Shown here piece after piece: positions 10,778 through 17,935 of a DNA stretch of 64,000 nt (position 1 is the stretch's first letter; every line of letters starts with the position of its first letter). A program made the translations under genes and the position numbers. Origin of the DNA: an uncultured Marinoscillum sp. (GTDB taxonomy: Bacteria > Bacteroidota > Bacteroidia > Cytophagales > MED-G16). Under the pieces are notes generated by a model that did no database searches, was not told where the DNA came from, and saw nothing but the letters and a program-made list of their open reading frames with translations. The stretch spans positions 41,841-105,840 of the forward strand of contig CABZXU010000001.1 of the NCBI GenBank assembly GCA_902529805.1. The letters are read 5' to 3'.

Positions 10778-10799
10778 TTATCCTGTGCTTACGGGATAA
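10778..10799 (-). other. Hairpin in the 5' region of the TBDT gene
   Basis: TTATCCTGT-GCTT-ACGGGATAA, a 9-bp inverted repeat with one mismatch, 25 nt upstream of the TBDT start. Confidence 0.45.
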
Positions 10800-10801
10800 C
10801 C

Positions 10802-10849
10802 TAAAAAAAATAAAAATACCAGCAACTATAAATTACAATTGCTGGTATT
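10802..10849 (-). terminator. Intrinsic terminator between the lipoprotein and TBDT genes
   Basis: AATACCAGCAA...TTGCTGGTATT 11-bp stem followed on the minus strand by a long U-rich tract. Confidence 0.7.
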
Positions 10850-10884
10850 AATATAATATACTTATGTGCTCTACTAAATAATAA

Positions 10885-11496
10885 TTACTGGATATTTAAT
10901 ACAAATTTCAAATTAAAATCTGTATCTCCATCAGTAGCTCCAGTTCCAGCAGTTTTTATATCTGGTTGATGTTGTAGTCTAACAACAAATTCACCATTTG
11001 AAACAGCATTTGAACCAGTAGTCCATTCAGTAATTAATCCAATAGGATTTCCAACTGCATCAGTATCCTTATAATTTATCTTATCAGATGCATTATCGAT
11101 ATTTCCATTTCCCGCAGGATCTGAAAATGCATCGTCAGTAAAAGAAAAGAAAATTTGATGTTCAGCCCCCTCTTCTTTCACCTCTTCTCCAATATCTTCT
11201 CCCGGAGTTTCCAAATTATTCATAATCTCAAAAGTAAGAGTATATGAAGTAGCAGCTTTTAAGCTAATTGCATCAGAAACTTCTAGCTCCTTAGTTCCTT
11301 CACCATCTGGGTCTTTTGCTTTAGCCTCAACTTTATCATTAGCATCAGCTTTATTCGTAAATATAAGCTTGATGTCAGTGATAACTTCCACTTCATTTTC
11401 TTCAGCCGGTACCGCATCATCCTCATCACACGAGTAAAGAAAAATCATAGAAAATAATAATGTATATAAATAGAATTGTTTTGTTTGTAATTTCAT
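10885..11496 (-). CDS. Acidic surface lipoprotein, putative metal-binding partner of the TBDT
   Basis: Lipobox LYSC followed by acidic DEDDAVPAEENEVEVITD. DPDGEG, EGAEHQIFF, GNPIGL and LQHQP motifs are typical of a Bacteroidota family found before metal TBDTs. Confidence 0.78.
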   Translation of the reverse strand: MKLQTKQFYLYTLLFSMIFLYSCDEDDAVPAEENEVEVITDIKLIFTNKADANDKVEAKAKDPDGEGTKELEVSDAISLKAATSYTLTFEIMNNLETPGEDIGEEVKEEGAEHQIFFSFTDDAFSDPAGNGNIDNASDKINYKDTDAVGNPIGLITEWTTGSNAVSNGEFVVRLQHQPDIKTAGTGATDGDTDFNLKFVLNIQ

Positions 11497-11515
11497 CGTA
11501 AAAAGTTTTAAGTTT

Positions 11516-11556
11516 AAAAAAAAGATTGTGTTTGAGATTAAAATCTCAGGTCACAA
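11516..11556 (-). terminator. Attenuator-like terminator between the leader ORF and the lipoprotein gene
   Basis: mRNA reads UUGUG-acc-UGAGAU-uuua-AUCUCA-aa-CACAA followed by UC and U8. Confidence 0.55.
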
Positions 11557-11575
11557 AAGAACCTCATAAAATAGA

Positions 11576-11887
11576 TTATGATATATTTTCAGGTGGCCCT
11601 CTAGATAGAGGATTTAAATGAAAATTTCCTGAATAATGGTAAAAGTTATCTTTATAATTACCTGTTATAAAATCCGTTTCAAATGATAAATGGGTTAAAT
11701 TTATAAACTCTTCAGAGCTAATTTTATTTATTAAACAAGTAGTACAGTTGAGTTCACTTTCATGAAAATGGATTCCATCTTTATTACATATTTCATGCTC
11801 ATGATCTGATAAAATTTCAGAAACTTCCATAATAGTAGGAAGTAATAAAACTGCAGTTAATAACAAAGAGAGAAACTTACTTTTCAT
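11576..11887 (-). CDS. DUF2946/CruR-like leader protein: N-terminal signal/TM segment, His-rich and CxxC, C-terminal RGPP
   Basis: MKSKFLSLLLTAVLLLP...DHEHEICNKDGIHFHESELNCTTC...NPLSRGPPENIS; first gene of the TBDT locus. Confidence 0.75.
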   Translation of the reverse strand: MKSKFLSLLLTAVLLLPTIMEVSEILSDHEHEICNKDGIHFHESELNCTTCLINKISSEEFINLTHLSFETDFITGNYKDNFYHYSGNFHLNPLSRGPPENIS

Positions 11888-11891
11888 CCTG

Positions 11892-11899
11892 CGAAAATA
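11892..11899 (-). promoter_or_regulatory. -7-like element (TATTTTCG) immediately before the leader ORF
   Basis: TAnnTTCG variant followed by CAGG-ATG. Confidence 0.4.
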
Positions 11900-11911
11900 A
11901 TAAAAAAAAAT

Positions 11912-12340
11912 TTAAATTAAAGCAGCTTTCAAAATAATATCACAATTTAATGCGCCAGAAATAGGACAATTTTCTTTAGCTTCCTCTGCTAATTCTTGAA
12001 ATTTTTCTTCATCTATATTAGGGACTTTAGCTTTTAAATTTAATTCTATAGAAATTACTTTTCCATCTTCAAAAGTTAAAACAGCATCTGTATTTAATTC
12101 CTCTGGATTATAGTCAGACTCATTTAATACAAAGCTCAATTTCATATTGAAACATCCAGCATGCGCTGCAGCAATAAGTTCTTCAGGATTCGTTCCTAAA
12201 GTACCATCATCATTTTTAAATCTTGTTTTAAAACTATAAGGCATATTATTAAATGCGCCACTTTGGGCAGTTAATACACCGGTTCCATCAGCTCCATCTC
12301 CTTTCCATATTGCGTTAATTTTTCTTTTCATAATATTCAA
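11912..12340 (-). CDS. osmC: OsmC family peroxiredoxin
   Basis: AIWKG, YSFKTRF, GTNPEELIAAAHAGCF, AKENCPIS. Confidence 0.93.
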   Translation of the reverse strand: MNIMKRKINAIWKGDGADGTGVLTAQSGAFNNMPYSFKTRFKNDDGTLGTNPEELIAAAHAGCFNMKLSFVLNESDYNPEELNTDAVLTFEDGKVISIELNLKAKVPNIDEEKFQELAEEAKENCPISGALNCDIILKAALI

Positions 12341-12342
12341 AT

Positions 12343-13341
12343 TTAAATTTTAACAATCATTTTTCCGAAATTTTTACCATCAAATAATCCAAGAAAAGCA
12401 TCTGGGATATTTTCAAATCCTTCTATAATTGTTTCTTCTAAAGTCACTTTTCCTTCTTTCATCCAACTTGCCAACTGCATTTGAGCCTCTAAATATTTAT
12501 CTGAATAATCGAATACAATAAAACCTTGCATTTTTATTCTTCTACTAATAATAAAAGGATTATTTCTTGGCCCCATTGGGAGTGCGGCTTTATTGTACTG
12601 AGATATGGCACCACATACAGGAATTCTGCAAAAATTATTTGTAAGGTAAAATACAGAATCAGATACTTCTCCACCAACATTATCAAAATAAACATCTACT
12701 CCATTTGGACAAGCAGTTTTTAGTTCATTTAAAAGATTTATGTTGTTTTTATAATTTATAGCTTCGTCTAATCCAAATTTATTTTTTAGACTATTAACTT
12801 TTTCATCGGTTCCCGCTATCCCTACTACTCTACATCCTTTTATTTTACCTATTTGTGATACAGTTATACCAACAGCACCTGCAGCTGCAGAAACTACTAA
12901 TGTTTCATTTTCTTTAGGTTTTCCAATCTCTAACAACCCAAAATATGCAGTTAATCCTGTCACTCCTAAAACTCCAAGGTAAGATGAAAGAGGCGCAAGG
13001 CCTTGAGGAATAGGAAATAGTCCTGTCCCATCAGAAGCTTGATAAAGCTTCCAGTCTAACATACCATATAAGTGAGAGCCAACATTATAATTTTTATTTT
13101 TTGATTCAACTACCTCAGCAACTATAGCCGATTTCAATGGCTCCCCTACTTCAAAAGGTGGAATATAAGATTTTACATTATTCATTCTTGCCCTTAAGTA
13201 TGGGTCTACAGATACATAAACTGTCTTAAGCAGAATTTCATTGTTATTAAGAACAGGCATCGAATCATCTTGAACAGAAAAATTTTCAATTGTAGGAAAG
13301 TCTTTTGGTCTTTTAGTAAATATTATAGCTTTGTTTTTCAC
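12343..13341 (-). CDS. NADP-dependent oxidoreductase (PTGR/CurA-like, MDR family)
   Basis: SVDPYLRARM, GLTAYFGL, VSAAAGAVG, YFDNVGG, CGAISQYN, GKNFGK; GTG start. Confidence 0.92.
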   Translation of the reverse strand: MKNKAIIFTKRPKDFPTIENFSVQDDSMPVLNNNEILLKTVYVSVDPYLRARMNNVKSYIPPFEVGEPLKSAIVAEVVESKNKNYNVGSHLYGMLDWKLYQASDGTGLFPIPQGLAPLSSYLGVLGVTGLTAYFGLLEIGKPKENETLVVSAAAGAVGITVSQIGKIKGCRVVGIAGTDEKVNSLKNKFGLDEAINYKNNINLLNELKTACPNGVDVYFDNVGGEVSDSVFYLTNNFCRIPVCGAISQYNKAALPMGPRNNPFIISRRIKMQGFIVFDYSDKYLEAQMQLASWMKEGKVTLEETIIEGFENIPDAFLGLFDGKNFGKMIVKI

Positions 13342-13414
13342 AATCAGATTAAATTATATTGTAATATAAATTAAAAAAGTAATAATTTTATCAGATATAA
13401 TAAAAGTACATAAA

Positions 13415-14431
13415 ATGGAAAATCAAAAAAGAAAATTTATGAAAAATAGTTTAAAATATACTATGGGATTTTCTCTTGCCTCCACAATTCCATCCTTTAT
13501 TTTTTCTTCATGCAAACAAAAATTAAAGGACCTAAATCTTAAAATATCATTACAGGCGTATTCTTTTGCTCCATTATTAATGAGCGGAAAATTTGATATT
13601 ATGGATTTTCCAGAAATAGTAAGAAATACATATGGGTTAAATGGTGCAGAATATTGGTCGATAGCATTTATGAATAAAGAGAAAGACAAAAACTTTCTAA
13701 GTGAACTAAATAAAAAAAGTGAAGACCTTGGGATTTCAAATACTATCATCCTTGTAGATGACATTAACATCCAAACTATGGAACAAGGGCCTAGCCTAGC
13801 TTCTTTGAAAAAAGAAGAAAGAACTAAGGCTATTGAATATCATAAACACTGGATTGAAGTTGCATCAAAAATAAATTGCCATTCAATAAGAGTAAATCTA
13901 AAATCTGATGTTGGATCAGAAGAAGATATATTAGAAACTAGTGGTGAAAGCATCTCTAAATTAGCAGAATATGGCTCTTCATATGGTGTAAGTACTATTG
14001 TTGAAAATCATGGAGGATTAACTGGAAATGCAAAATGGTTAGTTAAACTTATCAAAGAGATAAATAGTGATTTTGTAGGTACTCTTCCTGATTTTGGAAA
14101 TAATGGATTTTGCATGAAAAGAGAACGATTGGATTTGTCCAATTTAACAAAACCTTGTGATCAACAATATGATAAATACGAAGGTGTGAAAGAGCTGCTT
14201 CCTTTTGCAAAAGGCATTAGTGCAAAATCTCATGAATTTGATGATAAAGGAAATGATATTAATACAGACTTTGAAAAAATGATTAATATAATAAAAGAGT
14301 CTTCCTATGAAGGTTATATTGCAATCGAATATGAAGGCGGCATGTTAAATTTATTTGGAGGTAAAGGAAATTATTTAGCTCCTCATGAAGGTGTAATTGC
14401 TACGAAAACTTTACTTGAAAAATTAATATAA
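13415..14431 (+). CDS. Sugar phosphate isomerase/epimerase (xylose-isomerase-like TIM barrel), exported
   Basis: ISLQAYS, VENHGG, GTLPDFGN, ISAKS, YIAIEYEG; Tat-like N-terminus with SSC lipobox. Confidence 0.85.
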   Translation: MENQKRKFMKNSLKYTMGFSLASTIPSFIFSSCKQKLKDLNLKISLQAYSFAPLLMSGKFDIMDFPEIVRNTYGLNGAEYWSIAFMNKEKDKNFLSELNKKSEDLGISNTIILVDDINIQTMEQGPSLASLKKEERTKAIEYHKHWIEVASKINCHSIRVNLKSDVGSEEDILETSGESISKLAEYGSSYGVSTIVENHGGLTGNAKWLVKLIKEINSDFVGTLPDFGNNGFCMKRERLDLSNLTKPCDQQYDKYEGVKELLPFAKGISAKSHEFDDKGNDINTDFEKMINIIKESSYEGYIAIEYEGGMLNLFGGKGNYLAPHEGVIATKTLLEKLI

Positions 14432-14434
14432 TAA

Positions 14435-14956
14435 ATGATTTTATCTGGACTTGAAATTAAAAAAAGATTAGGTGGTGATATACATATTGATCCTTTTAAT
14501 GAAAATCAACTTAATCCCAATAGTTATAACTTAAAACTTCACAATGAATTAATGTATTATGAAGATGAAGTTTTTGATATGAAAAAAGAATTAAAAACTA
14601 ACAATCTAATTATTCCAAAAGAAGGATTAATACTGAAACCAAATAAACTTTACTTAGGAAGGACAAAAGAGTATACTAAAACTCAAAACCTTGTTCCAAT
14701 GCTTGAAGGAAGATCTTCTATTGGTAGACTTGGTTTGTTTGTACATATTACTGCTGGATTTGGAGACGTTGGATTCGAAGGCTTCTGGACACTAGAGATT
14801 TTTTGTGTTCAACCAATAAAAATATATCCTGAAATTGAAATATGTCAAATTTATTATCACAGTTTAAATGGAAACTATAAGACTTATGTAAGTGATAAGT
14901 ATCAAAAAAATAAGAGTATTCAACCCAGCATGATTTACAAAGAATTTAGAAAATAA
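14435..14956 (+). CDS. dcd: dCTP deaminase
   Basis: MILS, QLNPNSY, LEGRSSIGRLG, TAGFGDVGF, WTLEI, ICQI, KYQ. Confidence 0.92.
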   Translation: MILSGLEIKKRLGGDIHIDPFNENQLNPNSYNLKLHNELMYYEDEVFDMKKELKTNNLIIPKEGLILKPNKLYLGRTKEYTKTQNLVPMLEGRSSIGRLGLFVHITAGFGDVGFEGFWTLEIFCVQPIKIYPEIEICQIYYHSLNGNYKTYVSDKYQKNKSIQPSMIYKEFRK

Positions 14957-14959
14957 CAG

Positions 14960-15910
14960 CTAGTCTTTCCAGTTTTTGTTCACACCAAATAGAGGTAAAA
15001 ACATTGGAACATTTTCCATATATTTTTTATACATAGGATATTTTTTTGAACTAATTTCTTCACTAAAATCAGCACTATTTCTAAAAAGCACTACTAATAA
15101 AATACACCCTATTATAGACCAATTAAACCACATTCCGGTTGCAGATACACTAAAACAATAAAATAATATCCATATAAGCTGCTCAGAAGCAAAATTTGGA
15201 TGCCTAGATAGAGCCCACAATCCAGTCGTTCTAAATCCAAGTTTATAATCTCCATCAAGTTTTTCACCATTATTTATTCTTCGATATTTTTCTGTTTGAA
15301 AACTATATTGTTGCTCATCTGATATGGTTTCAATAACAATGAATAGTAGCATTAATGATGCAATAAGGTAATCTGCCCAATATAATGGCTGTCCGATTCC
15401 TTGCCATGCGGCTAAGATTGGAAGTGTAAATAAAAAAATTAATCCGAGTTGATAAAAACAAATAAAAAATAAATTAAACAACCCCCAAGTAAACCTTCCT
15501 TTTAAAAAAGGCATTTTTTTACGGACCTCTATCCATCTATAATCTTCTTCTCCCTTCCAAAAGTAGATACTAAAACCTCCTTTTCTTGCGAAATTATATG
15601 TTAGTCTACTCCCCCAAAATGTTACTAATATAGCCATCAAAACAAGCCTCTCATTCATTTCACTTGCATAAGCAAAATACCAAACATAAGCTATAGGTAT
15701 TGTACTCCATAGTTTATCTACTTGACTATAATTTAAAGCAAGCTCACTTACAATAAAACAATATGCAACAGAAAATAAATAAAGATTAATCATTGCATAA
15801 AGAGCTTCTTCTTGTTCTAAAGAGAAAGTGACATTAAAAATGTCATAATAAAATGAAAGATAAACAACACCAAAAAGTGTGACTATTAAAAATAATACTG
15901 TCCTAATCAT
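14960..15910 (-). CDS. DUF1295 / steroid 5-alpha-reductase-like membrane protein
   Basis: NYSQVDKLWS, EEDYRW, ETISDEQQ, GLWALSRHPNF, Y..Y...VPMF. Confidence 0.88.
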   Translation of the reverse strand: MIRTVLFLIVTLFGVVYLSFYYDIFNVTFSLEQEEALYAMINLYLFSVAYCFIVSELALNYSQVDKLWSTIPIAYVWYFAYASEMNERLVLMAILVTFWGSRLTYNFARKGGFSIYFWKGEEDYRWIEVRKKMPFLKGRFTWGLFNLFFICFYQLGLIFLFTLPILAAWQGIGQPLYWADYLIASLMLLFIVIETISDEQQYSFQTEKYRRINNGEKLDGDYKLGFRTTGLWALSRHPNFASEQLIWILFYCFSVSATGMWFNWSIIGCILLVVLFRNSADFSEEISSKKYPMYKKYMENVPMFLPLFGVNKNWKD

Positions 15911-15951
15911 AAATCATAAAATAAATTAGAAAAAAATTTTAAAAAAATGTA

Positions 15952-15977
15952 AACCAAATCTTTTAAAAAGAGTATAA
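15952..15977 (+). promoter_or_regulatory. Possible ECF-sigma promoter of the photolyase operon
   Basis: AACC-N16-GTATAA ending 6 nt before the ATG at 15984; no clear TAnnTTTG box on this strand here. Confidence 0.3.
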
Positions 15978-15983
15978 AGATTC

Positions 15984-16460
15984 ATGATAAATATAAAATA
16001 TAAATCTGGATTTTACTATTTAAAATCAAAACAAAAGCTTAATACTAATTTATTAAAGAGTTGGCATTTTTTTTCAAACCCTAAAAATCTTTTTAAGATA
16101 ACACCTAGACACATGAATTTTGAAATTCTCTCAGATTTTAATTCTATGTATGAAGGGTTAATAATTAAATACAGAGTATCTCCTTTTCCATTTATCAGAG
16201 TAGGTTGGACTACTAAAATCACTTACGTTGAAAAACCATTTGGATTTATTGACAAACAAATTTCTGGTCCCTTTAACCTTTGGGAACATGAGCATAAGTT
16301 TGAAGAAAAAAATAATACTCTATGGGCATATGATGTTGTTAAATTTAAACTACCATTTGGTTTTATCGGAAGATTTTTTGGTAGTAAAATTGTTAAGTAT
16401 CAATTGAAAAACATTTTTGAATTCAGGAGAAAACAATTAGATAAATTTTTTAAAAAATGA
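15984..16460 (+). CDS. SRPBCC family protein
   Basis: W.FFSNPKNL..ITP, W.T.IT, F.D.Q..GPF..W.HEH, LPFG..G. Confidence 0.88.
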   Translation: MINIKYKSGFYYLKSKQKLNTNLLKSWHFFSNPKNLFKITPRHMNFEILSDFNSMYEGLIIKYRVSPFPFIRVGWTTKITYVEKPFGFIDKQISGPFNLWEHEHKFEEKNNTLWAYDVVKFKLPFGFIGRFFGSKIVKYQLKNIFEFRRKQLDKFFKK

Positions 16461-17143
16461 GAAACATATTAATTATAGGAGGAAGTAGAGGTATAGGAAA
16501 TAGTATTTTAAAACATCAGTTAAATTTGGGTAACTATTGCAACAATATTTCAAGAAGTTCATTAGAAATAAATAATGAAAATTATAAGGAGTATCAAGTT
16601 GATATTCTTAAAGATGAACTTCCGGAAATTGATTTTATAGATTCATTAGTTTACTGCCCCGGTTCAATAACGTTAAAACCATTTCTTCAACTGAAAGAAG
16701 AAGATTTTAAAAAGGATTTTGAAATAAATGTGTTAGGTGCAGTCAAATCAATACAAAAGTATTTGAATACTCTTAAAAAAGGATCAAACCCATCTATTGT
16801 CCTTTTCAGTACTGTAGCAGTTGCCAAAGGTATGGCTTTTCATTCTTCTATTTCTTCTGCAAAAGCCGCTATAGAAGGAATTACTAAATCTTTAGCCGCT
16901 GAATTTGCACCTACAATCCGTGTAAATTGTATTGCACCTACTATTACTAAAACTGATTTAGCAAAAAATATTTTGAGAAATGAGAAAATAGAAGAAAATA
17001 TTTCAAATAGTCATCCTTTAAAAAAAATATGTGAGCCTGATGATATAGCTGCTACTGCAAATTTTTTAATTTCAAAAGAAAGCAATAAAATAACTGGTCA
17101 AATTTTAAGGGTAGACTCAGGCATGTCCACATTAAAAATATAG
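16457..17143 (+). CDS. Short-chain dehydrogenase/reductase
   Basis: IIGGSRGIG, LVYCPGSI, RVNCIAP, ITGQ..VDSG; ATGA overlap with the preceding gene. Confidence 0.92.
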   Translation: MRNILIIGGSRGIGNSILKHQLNLGNYCNNISRSSLEINNENYKEYQVDILKDELPEIDFIDSLVYCPGSITLKPFLQLKEEDFKKDFEINVLGAVKSIQKYLNTLKKGSNPSIVLFSTVAVAKGMAFHSSISSAKAAIEGITKSLAAEFAPTIRVNCIAPTITKTDLAKNILRNEKIEENISNSHPLKKICEPDDIAATANFLISKESNKITGQILRVDSGMSTLKI

Positions 17144-17145
17144 AT

Positions 17146-17775
17146 GTGATCTATACAAAAGAAAATTTAAGTTCTCTTGATAAAATATATCGGTTAAATC
17201 TTATTAACAGTATAACTGGTTACAAGCCAGCAAATTTAATTGGTACTAAATCAAAAAATTATCAAAGTAATCTAGCCATATTCTCTTCTGTTGTTCATCT
17301 TGGATCAAACCCAGCATTGATTGGAATTATTACAAGACCTAATACTGTTCCAAGGCATACTTATAAAAATATTATAGATACAGGTTATTATACTATAAAT
17401 CATATTTCGAAAGATAATATTAAAAAAGCTCATTACACTTCTGCTAAATTCAAATCAAATGAATCAGAATTCGAAAAATGTGACTTAAAAGAAATGTATA
17501 TTGATGATTTCTATGCTCCTTATGTAGAAGAAAGTGAAGTAAAAATTGGATTAAAATTAATTGAAAAAACTGTAATAAAATCCAATAACACGATTCTGAT
17601 CGTTGGAGAAATAGTTACAATCATAATAGAAAATAATTTGGTTGATACAGATGGATCATTAAAATTTGAAAATATGGATAGTGTATGTATATCTGGCCTT
17701 GACTCTTATTATGAAACAAAAAAACTTGCAAAATATCCCTATGCTAAAAAATATGAATTACCCAACAAATGGTAA
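17146..17775 (+). CDS. Flavin reductase family protein
   Basis: INSITGYKPANLIGT, NLAIFSSVVHLGS, HTYKNI, GLDSYY; GTG start. Confidence 0.88.
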   Translation: MIYTKENLSSLDKIYRLNLINSITGYKPANLIGTKSKNYQSNLAIFSSVVHLGSNPALIGIITRPNTVPRHTYKNIIDTGYYTINHISKDNIKKAHYTSAKFKSNESEFEKCDLKEMYIDDFYAPYVEESEVKIGLKLIEKTVIKSNNTILIVGEIVTIIIENNLVDTDGSLKFENMDSVCISGLDSYYETKKLAKYPYAKKYELPNKW

Positions 17776-17935
17776 AAAAATACTTGACTTCAAAATATGT
17801 GTAGTTTGTTTTAAACCATTTTCATATCGAAAAAAATGGAGAAATTGTTGGGATGATGTTAAATATTGCTCAGAAAAATGTAGAAGAAAAAAAAATGAAA
17901 GAAATATCAATTATTCTTCCAAACCAACTTCATGA
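17753..17935 (+). CDS. DUF2256 small Cys-rich (zinc-ribbon-like) protein; start uncertain
   Basis: KICVVCFKPFSYRKKWRNCWDDVKYCSEKCRR. In-frame ATG at 17753 (the ORF track extends it to 17666). Confidence 0.8.
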   Translation: MNYPTNGKKILDFKICVVCFKPFSYRKKWRNCWDDVKYCSEKCRRKKNERNINYSSKPTS

